Shown in pieces: positions 51,141 to 64,000 of a DNA stretch of 64,000 bases. A program made the translations under genes and the position numbers. Source of the stretch: Lingula anatina (Eukaryota > Animalia > Brachiopoda); contig CM120640.1 in the NCBI GenBank assembly GCA_051362555.1, forward strand, positions 2,294,001 to 2,358,000, written 5' to 3'. The number at the start of each line of letters is the position of its first letter. Position 1 is the first letter of the stretch. Below the pieces are notes generated by a model. The model searched no databases. It was not told where the DNA came from and saw nothing but the letters and a program-made list of their open reading frames with translations.

Positions 51141-51662
51141 TTAAATCGATTTGTGTTTGTGGTGCTTTCCGTGGTGCTTTGGGTGGGTTTGTTGTCCGCC
51201 ATCTTGGGCGTGGTCCTGGTGCAGACGACGCTCGGCATTCCCGACATTAATCTTGCCTTCTCTTTTATTTTCAATCGTTTCAAGTAGGAGTTTAAAATCG
51301 TCCATATCACTGTGCGGCCTTTTATTTTTGTGGAGAATTCGCTGAAGTTTCTCCAGCGTTTCTTTCCGCTTTAACTCATTGCGTGACTCTTGCCATTTGC
51401 GCAGGAACTCTCTCTCCTTCAGGGCCACCTCTTGCTCATATTTGTGAAACTTTGATGTTTTATCTGTATCTGGGGTTGAGTCACGGGGTGTAACGTCAAA
51501 TTTGATGGGATTTTTGCTGTTATGATTATGATGATGAGACCCTTTCAAGTGATGCTTGTCGTGCTTATGGTGATGTGTCTTATGATGATGTGAAGCAGAC
51601 GCCACAGTAAAGATTAGTACTACCAGGAGAACGTGGTGGCTGGACAGACCCCGCATTTTCAT
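51141..51662 (-). CDS. Orphan histidine-rich secreted protein (single coding exon)
   Basis: ~173-aa ORF from ATG 51662. Signal peptide VLLVVLIFTVASA, His/Lys-rich ends and a central charged helix. A polypyrimidine tract/AG acceptor lies just upstream (~51681-51700). Confidence 0.75.
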   Translation of the reverse strand: MKMRGLSSHHVLLVVLIFTVASASHHHKTHHHKHDKHHLKGSHHHNHNSKNPIKFDVTPRDSTPDTDKTSKFHKYEQEVALKEREFLRKWQESRNELKRKETLEKLQRILHKNKRPHSDMDDFKLLLETIENKREGKINVGNAERRLHQDHAQDGGQQTHPKHHGKHHKHKSI

Positions 51663-53404
51663 CGGCAGCACCCAGTTCACCTGAACTGAAAAAAGAAAAA
51701 ATATGAACTCATGACGACTTTATTTTAATTTTGATATGTTAACAAACGAATCTGACTTGATTGGGCGTAGGCCGAGCGGAGAAAATAAATGCAACACGTG
51801 TTATGTGAAATGCACGCCGTTTTTAGAGCACCTGTTGCTACATCGTCAAAGTTTCTAAACTTTCCAGCTAGTCGATTAAATTGCCACATTGCATTTAATA
51901 TATTAACAGCAAGTGACACCAGGGAATTTTAAGGCTATTATATGTTTTAATGCCTAGCGCAGTTTTCACAGTTAGGTTAGGTTCACAAGAAAATAGGCTG
52001 TAGGCCTACTACTTCAATTCTGAAGTCAGTAAATTTATCTAAATACTTGCAATGCATTGTTCGTACTTACGTTAACGTCTGTCGTAAATGCTTAAAATAC
52101 TTTCAAAAACTCCAAAATGTTCATTATAAGACTTTTACTGCCAAACAAAACATGTGGGCATCGCGTAATCACCCTGTGCGTGCATCTCACGTTTCAGTGA
52201 GGCAGTTAGAACGCGTGGTACGACCACAACGTCTGCAATAAAAGACCTGAATAGCAAAAACTTTAGGTAATCCGTGGTCATTTTAATTGAACCACAAGCC
52301 AATACAGCAAAATGCGTTCTGGCGGTCTGGGAATTGATTCTAGTTTGAAAATTATAAATTTGGAGTCCCATAATTTTTTTCATCAAGAATGCTGTTAATT
52401 TTGTGACTTATATGATAAAGGATAAATTTCCCAGTTGTGCACACAATAAAGAAACGTTGTCCTGATGTAGGCCTATCATGTACACTCTTTTTCCAGGGCA
52501 TTTGTTTAACTTTGAAATTCGGTAATATAAATTGCACCGCAAGCCGTTTTAGAAATCGTGGGAAAGCCACTTTGCCAGAGTCCAAAATTTCAACACTGTC
52601 GGCTCATTTGACGAGGATGAAAATCCTTTGTCGTCTCTTTTTTCAAGCTCGAATATTTACCTACCGTCTGTTTTAAGGTATGGAAATGTATCTTCGTGCA
52701 ACAGAATGCGTTTTAAAAGTTCTTCGTAACCTTCTTACCTCTAAGATCTTGAGAACAACACTGCTACTGTCGCCTGGTAGTTCTGACTGATTTAATTAAA
52801 GTAGGTCACTTGGCTCATTCTGCTAGACTGGGGGCTCGCTGACACGCGAATCAATCATCATAATGTATTACCACCTTTGACCCTTTTCCTTGTTTGAGCG
52901 ATGGAAAGAGTGATAAATGAAATTTTTTCAAGATTTAAGATGAAACACCAGTAAGCCAAATAGAAAAATTATTTATATGATTGAAAAATTTTTAGTTGAA
53001 AAGAGACGCAAATAACAATACATTTTTCTTTAATTTACCCATGAAAACAATTTTTGCAGGTGATCTTTGGCCTTAATACGGTCGGGTAGAGGAGATGATT
53101 TAATCCCGTTATCTAAACTGGGATATCTGTAATGATAAATTGTCCCGCCAGATGGAAGCACTTAGTTGCACCCAACACACCTTTCAACAGTCTTACTCAC
53201 GTTTTTAAGGTTATTTGCACCAATATAATGATAATAATGTAAATAGTCTAATTCCTTTAAAGAACATGAAAAAAAATTAAATTCGTTATTCAACATTTTG
53301 ATTGTAAATTCTTTACACATCATATAACTGCACATTTTGGAAGGCACATGAAAGTCGCAACCGCGGCTTTAAATGTGAAAAATAGCTTTGTATTAGTAAT
53401 TTCG

Positions 53405-54178
53405 ATGGACTGGAGGTATCTTGCATTCGTCTGTATATTTTTTCTGATATGCTCTGATTTTGGAACCGTTTGGGTTGATGGGAAAATCTACACATATCCT
53501 AAGTATTCCTTTAAGAAAAAGAGAGGAGATGTAAGTTGTAATGTATCCGAAATACGTAGACATCTCAACGTTTTCAGTAATGTTTACACTAGTAACGTTA
53601 AGTTTACTACGTAGTACAGTGGCCCTGAAAGGGGCAAGAAAGCACAAGCACAATTAGGAAGGTTAACATACTATGGATTTTTGTAACAGTAAAGGCCTAG
53701 AAATGTGGTTTATTTAAATTTTGTCCCTAAGGTTTCATGTGTACCCAGCAGTCTTAGTAAATTCACCATACAGGTAATGTATGTTCCTGTAGTGTAATGT
53801 TACATCAACAGTTGCCTCAGTTTTTGGCCTTACATGTTACGCAGCCTTGTATTAGAAATCTTTAATTCTACTTGTGATGTGCTGAAGTTGCAAAATGCTA
53901 AACTACAAAATGTAGAGATCGAACTTGTAGTAGGTTCATTTTGTTTAAGTTATATGTAAAGCACAGTTTACCAGAGTCATAAATATTGGTTTTTCAGAGA
54001 AAGCTGAAACAGGAGCTGAACCGCTGTGAAAAAGAGGCTGATTGTGGAGGCTTCACTGGGCCTCAATATCTAATGTGTATCCGCAAGTGTGTGTCTTCTG
54101 AGTGCTTTGAGGAACTCTATGCTCATGATGAGGTGTGTACATTATTACATGACAATGATTGCTTATTTATATGAGAAG

Positions 54179-54224
<46 letters not shown>

Positions 54225-54427
54225 GTATTTTGCTCAGTCACATTGTCTGCACCAGCTTGCTCAGGTCGATTATATCCTTTTACCTCTAAGTATTTAAAAC
54301 TAGCGCATATATGAGATTAGTTATTTTTAATTTGATATTCTTCCATTTTCAGTTAGAAGAAGGAGAAATTGATGTGAGGTACAACTCCTTCAAAGGTTGT
54401 GTCATTAAAAAAATGAAGACGAGGTAG
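53405..54427 (+). CDS. Small secreted Cys-rich protein, DUF4787-like
   Basis: Exons 53405(or 53348)-53530, 53998-54132, 54353-54427. Signal peptide, then CIRKCVSSECFEELYAHDELEEGEIDVRYNSFKGC. Family name recalled from the LEEGEID motif. Confidence 0.85.
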
Positions 54428-54908
54428 CAACAGACCAGTATTGGAGACAAAAGATGAAAGAACTGCCATTCTGTTGGTGTTGGACACCAAGCCATATTTA
54501 TGACTTCCAGTTACCTCAATGTCAGCTCAAATATGGAACACATCAGTGTGGTGTTGATACTCACTGTTGATCAGTGAAACTGTCTCAAATGTATTAAATT
54601 ATATTGATATATACTTTTGCAAAATACAATTTAAGCCACATGGTGGAAATAAAAAGAAAATGCTCAAATATTTAATGGATTTAGTGGATTTTGATTTAGT
54701 TTTATTCCATATTATGAAGTAAGGTATGAAGGAATTAGGCAGGTGGTTTTGTTTTACTACCAACGTTATGATGTCATTAAATAAGCATAAAAATGATACC
54801 TCACAACTGAAATGCCCCTTTTATAAAGAAATAAACAAAAACTCTTAAACTGGGACGTTACTTCCCCATTTGATGTGAAAAACCACACAAATCTGTACAT
54901 CTACCGTT

Positions 54909-54940
<32 letters not shown>

Positions 54941-56349
54941 AAATGGCAATGTTTCAAATTTTTGTTAGTTGAAATATCTCAAAACCAGCAAGTAAGGCTT
55001 TCATCTCAGGGAATTTCTCTTGACCCATGGTATTTGATGTTAAAAAAAAGAACTTGATTGCGTCATGGTTGGTAAAAAAAAAAAAAAGGTATCGGAAGGT
55101 ACAGAAACAGGTGTTTGGCTTGGCTCACTTGTCTGTCGCAACTACCGCAATCGACTTTACGACTTCTGCTGGCGTTGCTTCTGGCAAAGTTGGACGTCCC
55201 CCGGTGCCATATAAATAACCACTGATTACGAGTCACCAAAACACGGGTTTTGCCAACTTTCGATGTCCTTTACAGCTTTTTTACATATGGTCCCATCCTT
55301 GGCTATATTGGTTTGCAGAGGAATGACAGGTGCGGCAACTCCATATGACAGAAGTTATAAATATGTCTCTGATATGGACGAGACAAATAAAATTGGGAAG
55401 ATAGCAACATCTCAGACAGTATCATCATGCGAACCATCGTGACGTAGCAGATTTTCCATATTTTCATACTTATATACTTCATAAGTCCGTACTTATCATT
55501 CTAGCCGTAGATATTCTTGTCACCTAAGACGTTGACTCCTAAAAACGAGTACGTAGTTGACGTCAGAACCGCCACCGTCCAAGCCAGTGACAGTCTGCAG
55601 CTGACGTCATTGTAACATATACCGGTACAACACATAGTGATGAATGTTTCAAAGTGGTATTTAATGTACGATAAAACAAAGTGAAAATCATCAGATATGG
55701 TAATATATACCAGTACACGTTTGTATAATAAAGGTAATGTAAATCATTTGACACGTTGACGCAGTACATAAATTCTAGTCTGTGGAAACAATGAGATTAC
55801 ATCTCGAGAAACCAGTAGCATTCGCCCCTTTTGGTGATTTCATCACCCTTCATTTTAAACAAAATGGGATTAATTTAAATCAACAACAATAATAATAACA
55901 AGTTCCACTGAAGCAGACTTTACTACAGCGGCTCTAGAGATCCTTAACCAGCTTGTGTTTCCACGTCGACTACGTACATTGTAATCATGAAGAGAAGACT
56001 GGTTAAAAGCATAATCACTTTTGAAGGTTCTGCAATATTTTACATGTTTGAATAGTGTTAACTTCAACCGCCTTGACGTATATATCTTAACCACTTCACT
56101 TCCAATTACATTCTTCCTTTGCTTGCTTTTTCCTTTTCATACGTGAGCGTAGCCGCTTTTTACATTATTATAAAAAGCACATTTATCTACAAGACTGGTA
56201 TCCAATACGCAAGTGTTCCGAGTATAGCCTACTATGTTCCAGACAGGCACCTTTGGGAAAATATGTTTGGACAAAAGAAAAAAGTGTGAAAAAATAATAA
56301 GTTTGCTCTCATTGCTCAATGCAGACTTAGAAATAAACATAATTTCAGC

Positions 56350-56474
56350 GGGTGCGTCTCATAAGTTCGAAAAATGAAACATTTTCATCTGTTTTTTAAT
56401 CAAGGGTTCATTGGTTCGAAGGTTCTATAGTAAACATTCTGACCAATGAACCCTCGGACAATTGTCATGCACCC
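56350..56474. mobile_element. GG-terminated MITE, same family as 46664-46836
   Basis: GGGTGC...GCACCC termini, exact 9-bp TSD AATTTCAGC, and a GGTTCATTGGT unit. Confidence 0.8.
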
Positions 56475-56732
56475 AATTTCAGCAACCAAACTAGATGCCC
56501 ATCGTTGAAACACGCGATTTACAAAATAATAAATTGAAAAATTCAAAGAAAACGGATTCCTTTAAAAAATTAACCTTTCTTAAGCCTGCCAGTGTGTTTA
56601 GAATAAAATACCTTCTGATAATCTGATATGGGTAATTTTACAGGCTACTAATGGCATTTGATAAAACGCATTTTCGTATTGTTTAGGAATGATTTGTTTC
56701 GGTCTTAACACGACTCCATTTTGCTTGCACAT

Positions 56733-59700
56733 TCAAACATATTCTTTACTTTTCGGTCTCACAGAGAACCTCGTTCTTGGTATATTGAAAGAAACTGTCC
56801 TGGCTCGAAATTCTGTCAAGTAATCGGCCTCTTGTGATCTCAGGTATGCACTGGCACTGCTTAGGGACGAGGACAGTCTGTTCTCATCCAGAGACGCCGT
56901 GCTGCCGTTTAAACTGGAAAGATCTGATCCCGAGCTGCAGTACATTCCATGGGAGGTTTCTCGTAGATGGTGTATTGTGGAAATAAGGTCGAGAAATTGT
57001 CTTTTCAGGTGGTAGTCCTGCCTCCGCATTTGCCACTGGAATTGAAAACCAATTATATGTTTTCAAAATGATGAAAAACACATAAGGCATACATTACTTT
57101 CAATATGAAATGTGAACATTATTTCAAATATAAAATAAGAAAATGCGTTATCTATTCGCATGGTTTTAATATTTTGTGTTCAGGGCTTGTAATGTTTCAA
57201 TTTTCGTTTAATTTTTTATTCCTATTATCAAAATGAACTGAACTGTAACCTCACTGTGGTATGAAAATAGGCCCTAATCTCCACTTTCCTACTTGTTCAA
57301 GTTTGTGGTCAGCATTTTTGCCTTGCGTGTCATATCAGGTTACACACCAGTTGATAGTCAAAATGTTAGGGGAATAACTTGGTCTCTGATAGTCCCCCTA
57401 AATATAATCCACAACTTCTGGGGAGATTTACAAAACTGAGGTTGTACTTAAAATCTATATGCAAGCAAGTCTATGGATGTGGTGAAATGTTACATCTATA
57501 TAATGCATGGGACAGTTTTCAGCGGCGGAAAGTGTATTGCATATTGGATAATATTCACCCCAGAGTAACATATAGCTTGGGGCAATTAGGGAATTATATA
57601 TATATATATAATTCCCTGGGGCAATACACTAAACCAAACGTCACCCGAGGCGATGCGGGAGTGATTGACAAAGTTCAAAAAGTCTTTTCCTTGTGCGCGA
57701 TCACTCGTAGCCAGGTAGAGGGCACTTTTGCACGAACAATTTATAAAAGGCTTTCTCTTATTAAATGCTAACGACTTGTTGATTTGAAATAACGCAGAAG
57801 GATGGCCATTCATGTTTGCTGACCGCTTATTAACTTGGATATATGTTATTGATGGCAAAATAAGTGCTCTCCATCGTGGACCCAATCGTGACTTGACTGC
57901 CCAAGCACCTGTGGTCTAGAACCATTGTTCCACTTCCACCAGGGGTGGATAAGTGCAATCTATTTATGTAGGCTGCTCAAAATGTCTATTGTATTCGGCT
58001 TTATCCGCTAACTTAACTTGCTTTCAGGCAAGTTTATTTACATTTCCATAATGTGGAAACCATACCTTACTGATATCACACCCTTTAATATGTCGGCCGT
58101 CACCTCTCCATGCCATCACAAAGCTAAGCGGCCACAGCCACCGAATGTTTTTTTCGATCTACTGCACGACAAAGCATCGAATGCTGTGAAAATAATGGTA
58201 AATGAAAAGTATACTCCTGGTCCATCATCAAAACACAAGAACATCAAGCAAAAAGAGCGCATGCCACTGATAATGAAAAGGAAGATGAAAGTAAGAGACC
58301 ACCCGAGCGTCGATCAGTGTGCTGTTCTGCTTTCATTAAGTTCAGTAGACAATGTTATCTCAGACTGAACGATGCTTTTAGAGGTAAGCATGAAATTGCT
58401 CCACACAGGTGCGTACACAGACATTCAGCACCTGAGTGATTTCTGAAGAAGATGACCCCAACATCGTGTTTACAAGGTGAACAGACGAATGGAATTGTTT
58501 GGAAACAACATAACAACTGCGACCGCAATGGTAGTGCATTGTTAAGACGAAAGACATTTTCTGCACCAAACATGCTCTATCTATTGATATCTCCTCGTTG
58601 GGAGCCGCCCCAGTTATTATTATTATTATAGAAGCAATCACGCGGAAAATTCGATTTCATGTTTAAAAAATGAATATCTGTATAAAAATTGGATAATAGT
58701 ACTCAGTACCTTCAGCATACCTAAGAAAGAAAGAGAATTACTTTTTAGGAAAGTCTGACAATCAAAGCGATTCATATTTTTTTGAAGATGTACACACTGA
58801 AGACTTGCAATGAATTGTCCAAAATCACCTGCATGTTGCACTTGTTGTAGACGGTACAAAGAACAAGATTTTTTTACTGCCTATACACTAGGAAAGGTGA
58901 CAAAGTCAGACATTTTACTTTTTGAAATTTTAACGAAAACTAATGTTTTCAACAAGAATGTACATCACCAATGTTTTAAAACTATAAGTTATATCACGGC
59001 GACGTTTCCGTTCGAATGTTCGTTCAATATTTTCTTTTTTAAATCAACGTGTCGGGCGTATACGGATTCTTATGTAATGCGCCATTAAAGAATAGTACTA
59101 TCGTTTCAAAAAAAGTGAAAAAACTCCTCTGTAATACGTAGATACCTAAGATGTAGATATTCTAAGCATATTCTTTTATCTTAGTAGAACTATATTTCAT
59201 TTAAAAAAAAACAATGCAACCACTTTGATTACGACCCCCAAAGGCGACTAAATAAACCCGCATGTCACCTTGCCGTATGTCTAAAATAGTATACAAAATC
59301 TAAGTATGCAATAATTATATAATACATTTTATAATACATGATTTTATAAGCAGACCCTGTGGACAGAGGGTAGGTGGTTTCTGTGTTCTACTGCGTCGTT
59401 GATGAATTCCTGGGGCTGATGTTTGGCCAAAGAAGTCATAGATTAATTTCACAGCATTATCGCTACACTGCACAATATGTATCTGCCACTGCACATCAAT
59501 AGAGATGTCCGAGCTGATTAAGTCAAGAATGAAAAGTTAACCAAATTAAAGTAATTTCTTTTGTGGAGAACTTGTCCTGTTTAATACTTGTTTATTATAG
59601 AGAGCGGGTCACGCAGAAGGAAAGCGGACTACGACACCCGTTAAAGTAGAGTTTTAAGATATTTTTAATTCTGCTATAAATTATCTGATTTAGGTATAAT

Positions 59701-62700
59701 GAGTACTTGAATTTCACAACGGATCCTTGTTTATGCAGTGTGCCACTTCTACAGTAATTGGTAAATGGATATTTTTGTGGGTTCAAAACCATTCTGATTA
59801 TTCTTAAGAGGTGAACTTTCTATTTAAACGCCTTCAAGCGAGCAAATATGGATTTTTTACCCTGAGTAAATTAGATTCTTTTTGAGGGTTACGGCGATGT
59901 CAAGAGTCCGTTTGTTTGCAAGGCAGCAATGTTAACCATGTAAGCGACATCGTGCCCTAGCAAAATACGACAACGTGAAGGTTCTGGAATTAAGTAGCGG
60001 TATTTCACGATCAAAGGGGAAATTGTACATTATTCTCTTTGTCAGAGGAAGACATTTCACCCATTTTGAAAGTTGAGAGTAAAATGTTATTAGCATTTAT
60101 CAGAAGAAAACAAGACGGTCAACATTTGCAACTATAACAATTTATGGATTCCTTTCAAGTTAAGCAGATTACTATGTGTTAATCATAACGAATACGCGTT
60201 TTTTTTCGAAATGAAAAGAAAATACACATAAAACGATGCCCGACATAAACGAGTGATTAACGATCTTCTCAGACTGGCTATAACCAAATCGCATGTTTTT
60301 ACACATCGCTAATCCCATTTCATTAAGGTGTGAGAACGATTTTGATGTTAAAATAAGAGATTGAAATACTCTCTCTCTCTCTCTGCCCCCGGATGTATGT
60401 GACACGTGTTAGTCAAGAGGGACAAACGTTCGTACTGTAGTGGGAGGAGACATCGTCGCCTTCTGTCACAGTGTCAACAACCCTGTCATCATTAATCGCC
60501 CCTTGAAGGTAGAGATGAAAGAATTTTGTATAAAGTCAAATTCGTCTTATCGGGACTTTGAGAGTTTTATCATAAACCTTATTATGAATTCCCCCATATC
60601 TAGCATTTCTTTACACTTAACAAGTCATCTAATGTGAGGTTATGCGTAACGCGGTGACGGAGCGTTTTCACTTTACTTCACCTGACTTTCAATATACCTT
60701 GCAACCCAATACTGTTTGTATTTTAGAGCACTGCCTTTCGTTCTAATTTCAAAGACTCATTCTCTCCCTGAATATAAAAAAATCTCTAACGGTTAAGAGG
60801 AACAGGTGAGTGTTAGGTTAGATTGAACGTGTCATTTATGTTGAGGTAGATTTGATTACTCTTTAACAACATTGAGGAATTTGCAACACAAAACGCACGC
60901 CTTGTCATATCATACTAGCAGCGCTCTGAAAAGAATGCGTTTTTTGGTATCCCATTATATTCCCACTTATCTTATTTCGCTCTTATCAAGAACATACAGC
61001 ACTAAATTACAAAGATTTTGAATACAGACATTTGTGTTTCGACTGCTAATCAAATGGAATAAAATGCTATCTCCGAATGAAAAATAACCTGTGATCTCTG
61101 AAGGACTGTGAATCATTTAAAGCTGCCAAGTTCTCCATAGAATCGTAATACATCAAATACTTGTATTTAGTTCTCTTATCTGAATCGTTATGCTTTCGAG
61201 ATAAAAGCAGTCCTTGCCCGATAAATGTTTTTCATTAAGATATAAAACATATATTATAATCCTGAAAGAATAATTCAGGATTGACGACAGCCTTTTGAAA
61301 TACCCGTATGTAGGGCCTACGATGTTGATTTGAGAAAAAGTTTTCCTATTCCTCATATTAGCATCTTTGTGGGGAAATCTCTACGGTGAATAAGACACGG
61401 CATTGATTTAAACTAGGCATCAGTTGCCAAATTTAAAATCTTATCGGGCGGAATACTGTGGTTACACATCGCGTCTGTTACACAAATATCACTGGCTGTT
61501 AAAATACATCAGTCGCCTGCAGCTTGGCAAGGAGATGTGTAAGCCAAGCAATAAAAGCCATATCGGACTTAAAGGCATTTTTAAATAATCTCCTGGAATC
61601 ACTGTGTGATGATAAAGGAAAGATGGCTTGTAGCAACACTTTCACTTATATAGAAAGACAGGCAGCGTGAAAATCTGTGGAAATGTGCCAAGTAGCTGGC
61701 CCCTAGGAGGATATAGTTTACCAAAATGTTTTTCTACTCGATTAAAGTTAGACCGGTGGGTGCTACTGTCAGGCAGCGAGTATTCTAACACGACTAATTA
61801 AGTGGGATAATTTCCAAACATGCAAAAATACCCTCATCTTTATTTGTCTCCCCTCCTCCTCCCTTTTCATGGATTTACCTGTGACGCCTTTGTTCAAGAT
61901 CAACGAGAGACCATTTATCATAACGAAATGCATGACATTTTAATCTACGCTGTGTTTTAAAGATAACATCCCTTTCTTTGGTACACTTACTTCGTCTATT
62001 TAAAGAGACATCGGTGACGCAGGTCATATGGAATATTTATGTGAAGATAGTAAATCTACATGGATTTTCTGACACTTATTGGAAATGCAGCGCTGCTATT
62101 TCCATAATATACCTTTAGATTATACTCACTATTTCATGTCTTAACCACTTAATAGCCGTGTCGAGATCCCTGCCTCTTGATACGAAATCATCTGGATTGC
62201 CAGAATAATCTGAAACCGCATTTTTCTCCGTATCTGTGGCTTTGTCTTTAAATATATTGAACCTCGGTGGCAGGGTGATACTGGGACTCTCCGCAGGGGG
62301 TCCGCTGTTACCGATAAAATTCTGCATTTCGTCTGAATTGAACCTCACCAATCTCGGTGATAGATGATGAAAATCGCCGTACTTATTAGGTGTGCTTTTG
62401 AAATGTTTCTCACAGTTGGCGCTTGTTACTGATAAGTCACAATCTGTTGCTGAATTATTACACGGCGAACTACCTGTTGATCCAGCTGTCTCCACACTAC
62501 TTGTGTTGCTGAGGCGAGCTATACTCCTGTTACTAACCGCGCCGTCGCTGGCATCAAAGTCAGAAAATTTCCGACTGCTTGAAAAGTCATTATTAGATTT
62601 TTCTGTGAGAAGTCTATCCTCGTCTACTGTTTCAAGGTATCCGTGGCCTTTAAACGAGATATAGTGGTGTCCTTCAAAGCATTTGTGTTCCACCAGGTTG

Positions 62701-62897
62701 TTGTTATTTTTAGACAGATGGGAGTCGAGGTTGTCCGGGTGGAGGTGAGGGGTTCCGTTAGTTTCCCAGTGATCTGCCGAGTCTCCGGGAAGTTTTCCGT
62801 GGAATCCCGACTCCGAGTTCTCCACACACAAACCGTTGACTCTGATAGAGGGAGATGCTAGGGGCCACTTGACGTGCTCCCCGCTTTCATAGCTCAT
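56733..62897 (-). CDS. FAM167-like protein (2 coding exons)
   Basis: Exons 62897-62130 and 57035-56733 join in phase 0 to give DLDTAIKWLRHEI-WQMRRQDYHLKRQFLDL, like the FAM167 core AIxWLRxELxEMRxQDxxLxRQ. C-terminal FNIPRTRFSV and a long Ser-rich N-terminus. Confidence 0.75.
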
Positions 62898-64000
62898 ATT
62901 ATCAGTCACCCAACAGGACCACTTCAAAGGCGGCTGGATTTGTTTTCCTCGTGTCCTCGATAAAACCCCGCAGTGCTATGTCGGACCCCAGCATAAAACG
63001 TTGTCAAAGATAAAGAAAATACCGTTTTATTTTTGTCAGTTTTCTTCTCAACCCACCTGCTGCGCAGGACACACGAGGCTAAAGTGAGCGTGAATGTCAG
63101 CCTGATATCGTATACCTCCTTCCTTATTCAATGGGGCCTTCAGCGGTCATGCCTGCCTTTTATACCTGCGCTCCAAGTTCATGTTATTTTGTTATGATAA
63201 CTTTTCATCGTAAGTTCCTCGCGACTCTGTAGGTAAATACGTGATGTTTAACCACCCTTCGTTTTTCTATGTAACAAAATCATGCGTAGATAATAATGGT
63301 GTTCTTTATCAACACTAAGTTCAATCATCTATGTAATACCATGTTGTCAAACATCCCGATAGTCGTGTGAAATTCTCGTGACTATTTTCTGAAAAAATTG
63401 GTAAAGGAAAAGTCTTCGTTTCACGAAGGCAGACTATACAAACAGTACAGTAATCTCCGACCGCGAAAGCATGTAATGCTATAACTGTAGTAAAAGGTCA
63501 GTGCGAATCAAAAATGCTACTAAGCTCATAAGCAAATCTGCGTTACTAAAATTCTATTTGTTATGCGAATCACACGCACTGTCTACAGACGTGTCTTGCA
63601 ATAATACGACGTGATGGACAGCTCGTTAACGGGAAACACCGTGTTGCCTCAAGCAGTCTCCATCTTCATAGCTATGAAATATGATGATGAATTACTTTCA
63701 TGTTCAGATGTTTTTTGTCTGACAACGGCCATAGAAGAGAGAGACTGAGAATAGATAATGCACAAGGTCGCGAAATAAGAGCTCCTTTTTTCAACTTCTA
63801 AAGCAGATGTGACTCTTTAAAAGTCAAGCAACATGATATGAAGGGTTTCTACAGAGCATTACAAACTCAAATGTTAAAAATAAAATCCTGTTGTATATCT
63901 TTACAGGTGAATAGTTTATTTCATATAAATTAATGCTTATTCCGTTTCCACGAAAATCTTTAATAACGATCAGACAATTTTCAATAATAATAAGCTATGT

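Noticed and set aside
57379-61356. Several 60-130 aa ORFs in the FAM167-like intron
   Set aside because: They have no recognisable motifs and mostly non-ATG starts, consistent with chance ORFs.

Overview
AT-rich, intron-containing animal (probably lophotrochozoan invertebrate; inference) genomic DNA, not prokaryotic. Manual splicing gives this gene order: NSUN4(-), UBE2J1(+), a MITE-dense ~14 kb island with three intact intronless ~422-aa type II membrane DxD glycosyltransferase-like genes plus a fourth broken copy, selenoprotein GPX4(+) with in-frame TGA and a 3' UTR SECIS, NXNL2-like thioredoxin(-), FKBP2-like(+), TTC39(-), Asterix/WDR83OS(+), an orphan His-rich secreted protein(-), a DUF4787-like secreted protein(+) and a FAM167-like gene(-). 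At least four kinds of non-autonomous DNA transposon are present with readable TIRs and TSDs. The most notable items are the tandem, mosaic, intronless glycosyltransferase-like cluster, an 18-bp array built from a TTC39 exon/5' splice-site junction, and the His-rich orphan. All family names come from recognising motifs by eye; no database search was run.
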